Shown here piece by piece: positions 1 through 11,599 of a DNA stretch of 64,000 bases. The stretch is taken from contig CAWEMM010000014.1 in assembly GCA_963810095.1 (NCBI GenBank), positions 32,001-96,000 on the forward strand, read 5' to 3'. The DNA comes from an uncultured Chloroflexia bacterium (GTDB lineage: Bacteria > Chloroflexota > Anaerolineae > CG2-30-64-16). Below the pieces are notes generated by a model that searched no databases, had not been told where the DNA came from, and saw nothing but the letters and a program-made list of their open reading frames with translations. The stretch's first letter is position 1; each line of letters begins with the position of its first letter. The translations under genes and the position numbers were made by a program.

Positions 1-1319
1 GGCCGCGATCCAGGAGCGCATGTACAGCATCGTCGCGGCGGACTCGCCCATTGACAAGGAGCGTGTGCCCCTGGCCGAGGCCATCGAGTTGTTCCGCGGC
101 CGGGGCGAAGAGGACAAGGTGCGGCTGTTGCAGCACCGGCACAAGGACTATCTCGTCCTCTACGAGCTGTGCGGCTTCCGCGGCTATTTCCACGGCTACA
201 TGGTGCCGTCGGCCGGCTACATCACGTCTTTCGCTTTACAGTACTACGCCCCCGGCTTTCTCCTGCGCTTCCCCCAGCGGCAAAGCATGGAGCTGGAGCC
301 CGTCGTCGAGTACCCCAAGCTGGTGGGCGTCTTTCGCGATTACGGCGCGACGCTGCGCCTGCTCGGGCTGGAGGACGTCGGCTCGCTAAACACCGCAATC
401 ACGGCCGGCCGCGCGAACGAGATCATGCTGGTGGCTGAAGCGCGGCACGAGCACGGCATCGCCTCGCTCGCCTCGCAGATTGCGAATGGCGGCGACTGCA
501 AGAAGCTCGTGTTGATCGCGGGCCCTTCGTCTTCGGGCAAGACGACGTTTTCGAAGCGGCTGGCCGTCCAACTACTGGCCAACGGGATCCGCCCCATCGC
601 GATCGAGATGGACAACTACTTCCTCGACCGGGAACTGACGCCGAAGGACGAGGCGGGCAACTACGATTTCGAGTGCCTGGAGGCGCTGGATCTGCCGCTG
701 TTCAACCAGGACCTCGCCCGCTTGATGGCGGGGGAAGAGGTGCAGCTTCCGCGCGTACAACTTCCTTACCGGCAAGCGTGAGCCGGGCAGCACCATCCAG
801 CTCGGCCCGGACCAGATCCTGCTGATCGAGGGCATTCACGGGCTCAACCCCAAGCTGGCGCCCGACGCCGCCCGCGACAGCGTTTTCCGCATCTACATTT
901 CGGCACTCACCCAGCTCAACATCGACCGCCACAACCGGGTCTCGACGACCGACAACCGGCTGATTCGGCGGATCGTCCGCGATGCCCGGACGCGCGGCTA
1001 CACTGCGGCAGACACGATCGGCCGCTGGGAGAGCGTTCACCAGGGCGAGCGCAAGTACATCTTCCCGTACCAGGAGAACGCGGACGCCATGTTCAACTCC
1101 GCGCTCGTGTACGAGCTGTCTGTGTTGAAGACGTACGCCGAGCCGCTGCTGCTGCAGCTAGAACCGGGTAAGCCGGGCTATGTCGAGGCCCACCGGCTCT
1201 TGGCGTTCCTGAATTGGTTCGAGCCCATGCCCTCCGAGATGATCCCCTACAACTCCATCCTGCGCGAGTTTGTTGGCGGGGGCAATCTGGAGCGTTTCGA
1301 GCCCTGGCGCAAGGCGTAG
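1..1319 (+). CDS. Uridine kinase/phosphoribulokinase-family nucleoside kinase with ThrRS-like N-terminal domain; 5'-truncated by the window, frameshift ~752
   Basis: Walker A 'IAGPSSSGKTT' and 'MDNYF'. After a one-base shift the frame reads RYNFLTGKRE...LIEGIHGLN...FNSALVYEL...SILREFVGG to TAG 1319. Confidence 0.8.
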
Positions 1320-1324
1320 GTTCT

Positions 1325-1384
1325 GATGTAGCCGAACAAAAAGAGCCCGGAGGCGCCTCCGGGCTCTTTTTGTTCGGCTACATC
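1325..1384. terminator. Perfect 60-bp palindrome; bidirectional intrinsic terminator
   Basis: GATGTAGCCGAACAAAAAGAGCCCGGAGGC followed by its exact reverse complement, with A5/T5 tracts, between convergent genes. Confidence 0.85.
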
Positions 1385-1390
1385 TGTTGC

Positions 1391-3284
1391 TCAGGCAGGT
1401 ACGGCCATCGCCGGCAGGGCGACGGGTATTGCGGCCGGCGCAGCCTCAAACTGGCTGTTGTACAGCTCGGCGTAGAACCCGTCGGCCGCCAGCAGTTCGC
1501 CGTGCGTCCCCTGCTCCACGATGTCGCCGTCCTTCATGACCAGGATCAGGTCGGCGTTCCGGATCGTCGAGAGGCGGTGCGCGATGATGAAGCTGGTACG
1601 GTTCTTCATCAGCTCATCCATCGCCTTCTGGATCAGGACCTCGGTGCGGGTGTCGACCGAGCTGGTCGCCTCGTCCAGGATCAGGATTTTCGGGTCGGCC
1701 AGCACGGCGCGGGCGATGGTGAGCAGCTGCATTTCGCCTTGCGACACGTTGCTGGTTTCCTCGTTGAGCACCATGTTGTACCCGTCGGGCAGCGTGCGGA
1801 TGAAGTGGTGCGCGTGGGCTGCTTTTGCCGCCGCAACCACCTCCTGGTCCGTCGCTTCCAGCCGGCCGTACCGGATGTTCTCCATGATCGTGCCGTTGTA
1901 GAGCCACGTGTCTTGCAGCACCATGCCGAACTGCTTGCGCAACTCCTCCCGGGTGAACTCGCGGATGTCGTGCCCGTCGACCAGGATGGCGCCGCTGTTC
2001 ACGTCGTAGAACCGCATCAGCAGCTTCACCATCGTCGTCTTGCCCGCGCCCGTCGGGCCGACGATGGCCACCTTCTGGCCGGGCCGGATCTTGGCGCTGA
2101 AGTCGTTGATGATGATCTTCTCCGGGCTGTAGCCGAAGTGCACGTCGCGGAACTCCACCGCGCCACGCACGGTCTCCAGCTTGCACCGGCTCAGCTGCTT
2201 CCGCCACCTCTTCGGGCTCGGCCAGGAACTCGAAGACCCGTTCCGCGGCCGCGCCGGCCGACTGGAGCACGTTCGAGATCTGGGCGAACTGTGCGATAGG
2301 CTGGGTGAAGGAGCGGACGTACTGGATGAACGCCTGGATGTCGCCGACAGTGATCATGCCGCGGGTGGCCAGCCAGCCGCCCAGGATGACGACGGCCACG
2401 TAGCCCAGGTTGCCGATGAAGCCCATGATGGGCATCATCATGCCCGAGAGGAACTGCGACTTCCAGGCCGCGCCGTAGAGCACCTCGTTGTAGCTGTCGA
2501 ACGTCTCGAGGCTGCGCTGCTCGCCGTTGAATGCCCTCATGACGACGTGCCCGCTGTACATCTCTTCCACGTGCCCGTTCACGTGCCCGAGATAGTCCTG
2601 CTGCTGCCGGAAGTATTTCTGTGACCGCTTGATGACCTGAGTGATGAAGAGCATGGACAGCGGCACGATGCCGAGCGCCACCACCGTCATCAGTGGACTG
2701 ATGGTGAGCATCATGATCAGCACGCCGACGATCGTCGTCACCGACGTGATGATTTGCATCAGGCTCTGGTTGAGCGTCTGGCTGATCGTGTCCACGTCGT
2801 TCGTGATGCGCGAGAGTACCTCGCCGTGGTTTGTGCCGTCGAAGTAGCGCAGCGGCATGCGGTTGATCTTCTCGGCAATGTCCTTCCGGAAGCGGTAAGT
2901 CACCTTCATCGAGATGCCGGCCATCACCCAACCCTGGATGGTGCCGAACAGGGCCGAGAGCAGGTACAGCCCCATCACGGTCAGGAGGATCTGGCCGATA
3001 TAGGCGAAGTCAACCGCCATGCCCGCGCCGCCCAGCCCGGCCATGACCCCGTTGAAGAGTGCGGTGGTCGCGCGGCCGAGGATCTTGGGACCCAGGATCG
3101 AGAAGACGGTCGAGGCGATGGCGAAAATCACGACCACGCCGATCGAAATCGTGTACGGCCCGAGATAGCGGACCAGCTTGAGCATGGTCCCTTTGAAGTC
3201 GCGGGGCTTCTCGCCGCTGCCCCCGAAGGCGTGGCCCCCCGGCCCGCCTCGGCCAGGTCCACCTGGTCTGCCACCAAACATCAT
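1391..3284 (-). CDS. ABC exporter TMD-NBD subunit (TM288-like, catalytic Walker B); frameshift ~2175
   Basis: TMD in ORF 1614-3284. NBD in ORF 1391-2170 with [21 protein letters not shown] and IAHR. Confidence 0.88.
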
Positions 3285-5532
3285 GCCAGTTCCTCCTTGC
3301 TGAGCTGGGAAGACGCGATCTCACGATAGGTTTCGCAGCTCTGCAACAACTCGCGGTGAGTGCCCTTGCCCACGATGCCGCCATCGTCCAGCACGATGAT
3401 CTGGTCCGCGTTCTTGATCGTCGAAACCCGCTGCGTCACGACGAGCAGCGTACTGTCCGCGGTGTGTTCGTGAAGCGCGCGGCGCAAGGCCGCATCGGTC
3501 TTGAAGTCCAGCGCGGAGAAGCTGTCGTCGAAGATGTACACCGGCGGTTTTTTGACCAGCGCCCGGGCGATAGAGAGGCGCTGTTTCTGGCCGCCCGACA
3601 CGTTCGCCCCGCCCTGGGCAATCTCCGCCGTCATCCCTTCGGGCCGGGCGGTGATAAACTCGGCCGCCTGTGCGATCGCCGCGGCCTCCGCCAGGATGCC
3701 CTCGTCCGCGTCTTCATCGGCATAGCGCAGGTTGCTCTCGATGGTGCCCGAGAACAGCATAGCCTTCTGCGGTACATACCCGATCCGGTCGCGCAGGTCT
3801 TCCTGGGTGACCGCCCGGATATCGACGCCGTCCATCCGGATCGAGCCGCCGCTTACGTCATAGAAACGCGGGATCAGGTTGACCAGCGTGGACTTGCCCG
3901 CGCCCGTCGGCCCGATGAACGCGGTCATCTGGCCGGGGAACGCGGTGAAGGTGATGCCCTGCAGCACATCTTCTTCGGCGCCGGGATAGCGAAAACGAAC
4001 ATCCTTGAACTCGATCGCGGCGCCTGCTTTGCCCGGTTCCAATACCGGCAGGCTCTGCGGCTGCTCGGGGTCCTTGATGCTCGCCTCCGTCGCCAGCACC
4101 TCTGCCACCCGATCCGCAGAAACGGACGCGCGGGGCAGGATGATGAACATGAACGACAGCATCAGGAATGAGAAGAGGATTTGCATGGCGTACTGGAGGA
4201 ACGCCATCATGTCGCCCACTTGCATGTTGCCGAGCGCCACCTGGTGGCTGCCCACCCAGATGATCGCCACCGTCACTGCGTTCATGACGAGCATCATGAG
4301 CGGCAGCATGAAGGCAAAGACCCGGCTGACAAACAGCATCGTGCTCGTCAGGTCGGTGTTGGCCCGGTCAAACCGCTGCAGCTCGAACGCCTGGCGGTCG
4401 AACGCGCGGATCACCATCATGCCGGACAGATTCTCGCGCATAACCAGGTTCAGCCGGTCGACCAGGGTCTGCACCTTGCGGAACCGGGGCATCACGATGG
4501 AGAACACGGTCAGGATCAGGCCCATGATGACGACCACCGCCAGTGCGATGATCCACCACATGGACAGGTCTTTGTTCACCGCCCGGATGATGCCGCCGAC
4601 CGCAATGATGGGCGCATAGAAGACCATGCGGATCATAATGATGACGACCATCTGGAGCTGTGTAATGTCGTTTGTGGTCCGCGTGATCAGCGTCGCCGGG
4701 GAGAAGTGGTCGAACTCGGCGCTAGAGAAACCTTCGACCTTTGCGAACTCAGCCCGGCGTAAGTCACGGGCGAAGCCGGCGCCCGCCTTGGCCGAAAGGA
4801 AGGCCACCGCAACCGCGCAGATGCCGCCCAGCAGCGACACGAGGATCATAATTGCGCCGATGCGCCAGATGTAGAGCGACTGGATCCGGTTTACATCCAT
4901 GCCCAGCGCGAGATACTCGCCCTTGACCACCTGCGCGGCCGCCGGCGTCAACATGCTTTCGCTCAACGCGCCGAACTGCTTGTTGATCGAAGTCATGATC
5001 TGGTTCTTCTGGCCGGCCGGCAGCTTGCCGAGCAGCGCAAAGACGTCGGTTCCCGGGGAACGCGGGAGAGATCGATGCCCGACGCCTTGCCGGCCGCGGC
5101 GGCCTTTGCGGGATCGGCCAGCATCTGCTCCAGGTTGCCGGTGATCAGGAGGGCCTTGCCAAAGACGGGCTCGAGCCACGCGGTCTCGGCCTCGGAGATA
5201 GACTTGCGAATGTACGCGGGCCCATTTGCCAGGCCCGGGTAATAGGCTGCAAGCGCGTCATACGCGGACGAGTTGCGATCGACGAGCACATAGTCGTCGA
5301 GGACGCGTCGTCCATCTTCCGCGCTCAGGAACACCAGCACCCGATTCATCTCGCTCTGGCGAATCGCGGCAGGCGCCGCTTCGGTAATGCCGGCCCCCTG
5401 GATGCCGTAATTCACGATCCTCGACATCAGGTCGGGCAGCGCCAGGTCACACATCGCCTGCACGAACAGGAGGACGATGGACAACGCGATGATCGCGCGG
5501 TATGGCTTGAGATACTTTAACAGTCGTCGCAT
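3281..5532 (-). CDS. ABC exporter TMD-NBD subunit (TM287-like, degenerate site) with a large loop after TM1; frameshift ~5050
   Basis: Starts MRRLLKYLKPY...CDLALPDLMS. NBD has GPTGAGKST, VSGGQKQR, IFDDSFS (D replaces catalytic E) and TQR (Q replaces H). Confidence 0.88.
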
Positions 5533-5583
5533 AGGGTATTTCCTTGGGGCGGATAGCGCGGCGGGTGGACGGCCGCACGATCC

Positions 5584-6042
5584 CTATAGCTTCTCGATGT
5601 TTGCGCGCATCTGCGCCATTGCGCGGCGCATGCACGCCAGGTCCTCGTCGGTGACGCCTTTCAGCGCTTCGAGTGCAAACTGCCTGGCCGTCGACACGGC
5701 CTCACGCACCGAGCTTTTCCCGGTTTCTGTCAGCATCACCAGCGTAAAGCGGTTATCTGCCGGGTCGGCACGGCGCGAGAGCAGGCCCTCAGATTCCAGT
5801 TGCTTCACCATCCGCGTCACGGCCGCGCCGTCAACGTCCAGCCGCCGCTGCAGCTCATTCTGGCTCAGCTCGCCGAAGCGGTAGAGCATACCCATCGCAT
5901 GCATCCGGGCATCCGAGATGCCAACACGGCGTTGAAACGCCGCCTTGGCCGCCCGCATCAGGGCCCCCTGCTCGAATAGGAAGGTGTCTGTGGGCGTACT
6001 CGCCGGCGACCACAGCCCCTCGCCTTGATCTTCAACCTTCAC
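5584..6042 (-). CDS. MarR-family transcriptional regulator
   Basis: LSQNELQRRLDVDGAAVTRMVKQLESEGLLSRRADPADNR winged-helix motif; first gene of the exporter operon. Confidence 0.9.
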   Translation of the reverse strand: MKVEDQGEGLWSPASTPTDTFLFEQGALMRAAKAAFQRRVGISDARMHAMGMLYRFGELSQNELQRRLDVDGAAVTRMVKQLESEGLLSRRADPADNRFTLVMLTETGKSSVREAVSTARQFALEALKGVTDEDLACMRRAMAQMRANIEKL

Positions 6043-6090
6043 GGTCTGGCCTCCCGCGCTCCGGACGTTAGTCGTCCGAATCGATTCGCG

Positions 6091-6119
6091 ATTGTACGCC
6101 CGAAGCGATGATTAGTCAA
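6091..6119 (-). promoter_or_regulatory. Sigma70-type promoter for marR-ABC operon
   Basis: Minus strand TTGACT-N17-TACAAT. Confidence 0.6.
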
Positions 6120-6212
6120 TAATTGGGGCATCAATGCTTGAGGGATCAACGGTTTGGGTGTTGTTCCTGCACCGAAGGTCTTCTCTTTCAGGAGCAGCGG
6201 GTTTTTCCCCGG

Positions 6213-6437
6213 CTATCTCACGTCTTTGCCGAACCAGAGCATCGCGCTTTCCACCCGGTCGCCGGCCGACTCCGCCGCGGCTCGCATCGCCGTGTTGCTG
6301 CTGCTCGTGCCCAGCCGTGCCCGGGTCGCACCCCGCGCCTTCAAATGCGCGCAGCCTCCCAGCCGTCCATCGGCGAGGAGCAGGTCAATCATGGGCTGCA
6401 AGTCCGCTGCCCCTGCAGATGCTTTGGAAGTCAGCAT
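6213..6437 (-). pseudogene. Internally deleted GNAT acetyltransferase remnant
   Basis: 74 aa: GNAT-like start (AGAADLQPMIDLL) joined directly to a GNAT-like C-terminal motif (LKARGATRARLGTSSSNTAMRAAAESAG). No acetyl-CoA motif A. Confidence 0.45.
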
Positions 6438-6440
6438 GAA

Positions 6441-8033
6441 TCACTCCACGGGAAAGGCCAGGCCTGCACCATCCGCGGGTCCTACAGAGGGGCTGACGCT
6501 TTTCAGGACCGCAGCCAAGGGCGATCCGTCACGGACGAAAACGGCCGCGGCCCGGTCGGCATAGGCCAGCGTCCAGCCCGGCTTCTGGCGCATCAGCTCG
6601 TACACGGGGCGCTCCACGTCGACCAGGGCCAGCTCGGTTTCCGGCCGGTCGACGAGCCGGTCCCATTGGCCCTGGCCGCGCATGAAGTCGAGGTTCTCCC
6701 GGTACACCGCTTCCAAATAGACCGTTTCACGCCGCCCGTCTACCGACACCTGCACCGCCGGCCCGAGCTGCCAGATCACGTACTCGCCCCAGTTGAACTC
6801 GGTCGCCATGTTGCCGCGCGCGCCCGCTGCCTTCAGCGCTGCGACTGCATCGACCGGAAAGCCGGCGGACCGAGGCTCCACGACGATCGCTTGCAGGCGC
6901 GGGAGCGCCAATAGCAGGCAACCCAGGGCCGCAGCAGGCAAGACAAGCATCGCAGCCCGGTCGACGATCTGCGACAGCCGCCAGGGGATGCGGACGCTGC
7001 CGGAGATGCGATCCCACAGGTCTGCAAAGTGATCCGCGGCGAGCACCGGCGCGGCGACCGCGAAAAGGGGGATGTGCCGGATGGCGCTGAGGGGCAGGAG
7101 TGCAATCACTGCCAGCGGGACGAGGAGGCAGAGGCGCCGCGGCCGGCGACTGAGCCCCACGGTTGCCAAGGTGAGCCCGACGGCGATCAGCCAGCACTGG
7201 CTCCAAGGATCGGCGAGACGCGCCGAATGCCATTCCACCACTTCGGGGCGGGCCACCGTGGCAGTGCGGAGGAGGAAGGCCAAGAGTTGTCGGCCATACG
7301 GGTTGAGCAGCACGGCCAGCGGCGCGCATGCGAGCGCGACGACTACCTCGCGCTGCGGGGATCGCCCGAGCGGCGCCACCGAACGCGTGCGAAGCAGCGC
7401 TCCGCCGAGGTAAAGCAGGCCCCACAGGGTGAGGATGCCCAACCCTGCGAGAAACCCGCCGTGCAGGTTGGCCCACAGCGCCAGAAGCAGCGAGGTCGCG
7501 ATGGGGAACCACAGCTTGCGGCCCCCGCCCCGGGGGAGAGGCAACGCGGCCGGCATGGTGGTGTACCCGTCGATCAGGAGCAGCAGGACCAGGAACAGCA
7601 GGTAGGTGAAGACCTGGGGACGCACGTTGAGCACCGCAGGTCGCAGCACAAAGCTGGCGCCGAGGGTCAGCAAGAGGGCGCCAGTCGCGTTCATGCCCGC
7701 CCGCTGCAGCCGCCAATAGATCAGGCCGGCGATGAGCAGGCTCACCACCGAGTTTAGGGCGATCAGGCCGCGGGTGCCCGCCGAGTTGTAGACCAGCGCG
7801 TCGACGACTTCGGTCAGCCACTCGTGATTGATCCAGGGTTGGCCCGCAGTGAGGTAGGAGTAAGGGTCTGCACGCACGACCTGGCCGGTCAGGAGCGTGT
7901 CTTGCCCGAACCGCACGTGGCCCCAGAGGTCCGGGTCCGCAATCAACGGAGAGAAGAGGAGCAGCGCGGCCGTGAGGGCAAGGATGAAGTAGGACGCAGA
8001 TTGAACGGATCGAACCGATTTGCCTGATCTCAT
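6441..8033 (-). CDS. Polytopic membrane protein, GT-C-like glycosyltransferase candidate
   Basis: DPDLWGHVRFGQ, WINHEWL, RPQVF, WANLHGGF, LLNPYG, and a C-terminal soluble domain with WGEY and VDGR. Start codon estimated. Confidence 0.65.
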   Translation of the reverse strand: MRSGKSVRSVQSASYFILALTAALLLFSPLIADPDLWGHVRFGQDTLLTGQVVRADPYSYLTAGQPWINHEWLTEVVDALVYNSAGTRGLIALNSVVSLLIAGLIYWRLQRAGMNATGALLLTLGASFVLRPAVLNVRPQVFTYLLFLVLLLLIDGYTTMPAALPLPRGGGRKLWFPIATSLLLALWANLHGGFLAGLGILTLWGLLYLGGALLRTRSVAPLGRSPQREVVVALACAPLAVLLNPYGRQLLAFLLRTATVARPEVVEWHSARLADPWSQCWLIAVGLTLATVGLSRRPRRLCLLVPLAVIALLPLSAIRHIPLFAVAAPVLAADHFADLWDRISGSVRIPWRLSQIVDRAAMLVLPAAALGCLLLALPRLQAIVVEPRSAGFPVDAVAALKAAGARGNMATEFNWGEYVIWQLGPAVQVSVDGRRETVYLEAVYRENLDFMRGQGQWDRLVDRPETELALVDVERPVYELMRQKPGWTLAYADRAAAVFVRDGSPLAAVLKSVSPSVGPADGAGLAFPVE

Positions 8034-8104
8034 CGCAGGGGTCAGAGGAATCATAATGATCAGTTCAATCAGTTCGATCTGCGTCCAGTCACGCGCCCGG
8101 GCGA

Positions 8105-9301
8105 TCAGCTCAGCACGGCCTCGATGTGCTCCAGCGCCCAGTCCACCTCGTCCTTCTTGATGACGAGGGGCGGCGCGAGGCGGATGACGTTCTGATGCGT
8201 CTCCTTGCACAGCAGCCCGCGCTGCATCAGCGTCTCGCAGAAGCGCCGGGCGCCGCCGGCCTCGGGGTGCAGCTCCACGCCGATCATCAGGCCCTTGCCG
8301 CGCACTTCCTTGATGTAGGGGCTTTCGATGCGCGCCAGGCAGCCCAGCATGTACTCGCCCATCGTGGCCGCGTTCTCGATCATGCCTTCTTCGACCAGCA
8401 CCTTGAGCGCCATGCGGGCCACTGCACACGCCAGCGGATTGCCCCCGAACGTGCTGCCGTGATCGCCGGGCTGGAAGACGCCGAGGATTTCTGTATTGGA
8501 GAGGACCGCCGAGACCGGGTAGAGCCCGCCCGACAACGCCTTGCCGATCATGGTCAGGTCGGCTTCGATCCCCTCATGCTCTTCGGCCAGCAGCTTGCCG
8601 GTGCGGCCCAGGCCCGTCTGGATTTCGTCCGTCATCAGCGCGATGTTGTGCTCGGTGCAGATGCGGCGCACGTCGCGCAGGTAGCCTGCGGGCGGGATGA
8701 TAATGCCGGCCTCACCCTGGATCGGCTCGACCATGAACGCGACGGTGTTCGGGCCGATGGCGTCTTCGAGCGCGTGCGCGTCGCCGTACGGGATGATCTT
8801 GAAGCCGGGCGTGAAGGGGGCGTAGCCATCGCGATACTGCGACTCGGTGCTGAAGCCGACAATGGTGACGGTGCGGCCGTGGAAGTTGTTCTCACAAACA
8901 ATGATCTCGGCCTGGCCCTCGGGCACACCCTTGACCTTGTACCCCCACTTGCGCGCGGCCTTGATGCACGACTCGACGGCTTCGGCGCCGCTGTTCATGG
9001 GTAGGGCGGTGTGCGAATGGGTCAGCTCGCACAGTTCCTTGTAGAAGAGTCCCAGTTGATCGTTGCGGAACGCGCGGGAGGTCAGGGTGATCTTGGCCGC
9101 CTGTTCCTGCATGACCTGCACGATCTTAGGATGGCAGTGCCCCTGGTTGACCGCAGAGTAAGCCGACAGGCAGTCCATGTAGCGTTTGCCGTCCACGTCC
9201 CAGACCCAGATCCCCTCGCCGCGCGTCAGCACGACGTCCAATGGCTTGTAGTTGGTTGCGCCGTACTGCTTTTCCAGCGCGATATAGTCCTGCGTGTTCA
9301 C
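8105..9301 (-). CDS. rocD: Ornithine--oxo-acid aminotransferase
   Basis: [71 protein letters not shown] start. Confidence 0.93.
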   Translation of the reverse strand: MNTQDYIALEKQYGATNYKPLDVVLTRGEGIWVWDVDGKRYMDCLSAYSAVNQGHCHPKIVQVMQEQAAKITLTSRAFRNDQLGLFYKELCELTHSHTALPMNSGAEAVESCIKAARKWGYKVKGVPEGQAEIIVCENNFHGRTVTIVGFSTESQYRDGYAPFTPGFKIIPYGDAHALEDAIGPNTVAFMVEPIQGEAGIIIPPAGYLRDVRRICTEHNIALMTDEIQTGLGRTGKLLAEEHEGIEADLTMIGKALSGGLYPVSAVLSNTEILGVFQPGDHGSTFGGNPLACAVARMALKVLVEEGMIENAATMGEYMLGCLARIESPYIKEVRGKGLMIGVELHPEAGGARRFCETLMQRGLLCKETHQNVIRLAPPLVIKKDEVDWALEHIEAVLS

Positions 9302-9461
9302 AGAAAGTGACCCCCTTGTCGGATAGTGAAGTGAGTGTAGCACAGCAACGGAGGCAACTCAAAAGCAAGGCGCGAATGCCACCCCGCCCGCTGCGTATCT
9401 TCCCGGCCGGTGCTATACTATCGCCCACAGGGACTTTCCTGCTGCCGAATCCGGATGGAGT

Positions 9462-10121
9462 ATGTACAAACGCGACTACATCATGCGCATGATCGAACAG
9501 TTGGGGGTGGCCTTCCAGGCAATCCTGGGCCTCAAAAGCCAGGGGGAGTACGACGAGGCGGAGCGGGCTCTCTCGCGCACGGGCCAGCAGTTGCTCGGCT
9601 TCGATATGGACTTGCTCCGCACACTCTCGGAAGAAGCGATCATCTCGCTGCTGCGACGCCCGGACCCCTCGGACGTGGGCGCGTATGTCGTGGCCGCGGA
9701 GCTCCTGCGCGAGCAGGGGCAGATCGACGAAATCCGGCGCGGGTCAGATGCCGGCTATGACTGCAACCTCAAGGCGTTGGCCTTGTATCTCGAGGCCTGC
9801 ACGAACGCGCCCGAGTGGTGTTCGGAGGACGTCGTCGTCAAGGTGCACGATTTGACGGATCGGCTGGCTGGCTACGACCTGCCCGAGCCCATCCGGCGCA
9901 AGTTGTTCGCCTACTATGAACTGATCGGCGACTATGCAGAAGCCGAAAACGTCCTCTTTGAGCTGGCCGAAGCGGGCGCAGTCGATGCGCCGGAACTGGG
10001 CGCCGCCTTCTATGCCCGGCTAGGGTCCATGACCGATGCGGAGTTGGCGCAGGGTGGGCTGCCCAGGGACGAGGTGGAAGAGGGCCACGAGGCGTTCCGA
10101 GAGTTGATCCATCCCCGCTGA
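9462..10121 (+). CDS. Helical hypothetical protein (DUF6483-like)
   Basis: N-terminal 'DYIMRMIEQL' and C-terminal 'GGLPRDEVEEG' signatures. Confidence 0.65.
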   Translation: MYKRDYIMRMIEQLGVAFQAILGLKSQGEYDEAERALSRTGQQLLGFDMDLLRTLSEEAIISLLRRPDPSDVGAYVVAAELLREQGQIDEIRRGSDAGYDCNLKALALYLEACTNAPEWCSEDVVVKVHDLTDRLAGYDLPEPIRRKLFAYYELIGDYAEAENVLFELAEAGAVDAPELGAAFYARLGSMTDAELAQGGLPRDEVEEGHEAFRELIHPR

Positions 10122-10219
10122 CACGGATCATGCAGCGATGGGAAGTGGAGTCGGTGGAGAAAGTGGAGTGAGCGCTAACGTTAGAGGCTTGGAGTGACGG
10201 CGACGACAAGTCGCAGCTC

Positions 10220-10276
10220 TTGACACTCGCTTGTGAATTCGGCTATCATGCAGTCGCACTGCATGATAGCCGAATT
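10220..10276 (+). promoter_or_regulatory. Promoter overlapped by a perfect 19-bp inverted repeat (operator-like)
   Basis: TTGACA(10220)-N18-TATCAT(10244); AATTCGGCTATCATGCAGT-cgc-ACTGCATGATAGCCGAATT (10236-10276). Confidence 0.7.
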
Positions 10277-10295
10277 TTATGATCAGGGAACTGCG

Positions 10296-11517
10296 ATGTA
10301 CGCACCGCGCACTCTTGAACCCACGATCCGAACGGTCACCGGGCAATTTCCGGTCGTACTGCTCACGGGTGCAAGGCAGGTCGGCAAGACCACGCTTCTG
10401 AGACATCTCAGTGAGGGCGCCCGCAACTTCGTCACGCTGGACGACCCTCTCGTCCTGAGCCTGGCGCGAACGGATCCGGCCCTCTTTATGCAGCGGTTTT
10501 CGCCGCCCGTGCTGATCGACGAAATCCAACACGCGCCCGGGCTCCTACCTTACATCAAGATGGCGGTCGATCAGAGCGAAGCGCCGGGCGCGTTCTGGCT
10601 CACCGGCTCACAGCAGTTTCATCTCATGCGCGGCATCTCGGAGTCGCTGGCAGGTCGCGTGGCAATCCTGCAACTGCTCCCGCTCTCGCGGCAAGAACTC
10701 GCGGGAGAAGGCCTGACGGCGGCTCCGTTTCTGCCCATGCGACAGGACGCTGCGCGGGCGGGAAACCGCACGGGGGCCGGCCTGCTCGACCTGTACGAAA
10801 TCATCTGGCGCGGCGGCTTGCCGCGCCTCGCGCTAAACCGCGACATTGCGCCCGACCTTTTTTACAGTTCTTACGTTCAGACCTATCTCCAGCGCGACGT
10901 TCGTGACCTGGCGCGCGTGGGCGACGAGCTTGTGTTCCTCCGCTTTCTGCGAGCGGCGGCGGCTCGCACGGCGCAGTTGCTCAACCTCACCGACCTGGCG
11001 CGGCGACGCGGACGTTTCGCCGAATACGGCCAGAAGCTGGTTGTCCATCCTCCAGGCATCGGGGGTCGTCCACCTGCTAGAGCCGTACTACAATAACGTG
11101 ACACAGCGGCTGGTCAAGACGCCCAAGCTCTACTTCCTCGACACAGGGCTGGTCGGCTATCTGACACAGTGGGCGACGGCGCAGACGCTGGAGGCCGGCG
11201 CGATGTCAGGGCCCATCTTCGAAACATGGGTGATGGCTGAGTTGCTCAAGAGCTACCTTCACAACGGCTTAACCCCACCTTTTTACTTCTACCGGGACAA
11301 GGAGGGACGAGAGATCGACCTCCTCGTTATGCGGGACGGTGTCACCTATCCGGTGGAGATCAAGAAGACGGCTTCGCCGGGCCGGGAGGATGTCCGCCAC
11401 TTCGGGGCACTGGCGAAGGCGGGCTTGTCGATTGGTGCGGGAGGAGTCATCTGCCTCGCTGCTCAATCGCTGCCCCTGACGGCCACAGACCGGTCAATCC
11501 CTGTGTGGGAGATATAG
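10296..11517 (+). CDS. AAA_14 ATPase with DUF4143 (PD-(D/E)xK-like) C-terminus; frameshift ~11003
   Basis: GARQVGKTT, IDEIQ, LTGSQ, ESLAGR, KTPKLYFLDTGL, FYRDKEGREIDLL...PVEIK. Confidence 0.85.
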
Positions 11518-11599
11518 TAACTTTGCCCCAGACGCGGCTGCGTCGGGCCGCCCACATGGACGGCCCGACGCAGCTTCATCCGCTCAGGGTGCGTCTCGC

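Noticed and set aside
10168-10179. GTGAGCGCTAAC as a distant site for the island's LacI proteins
   Set aside because: It is a single 12-bp match lacking the GCC/GGC flanks and lies next to no sugar gene; chance cannot be excluded.
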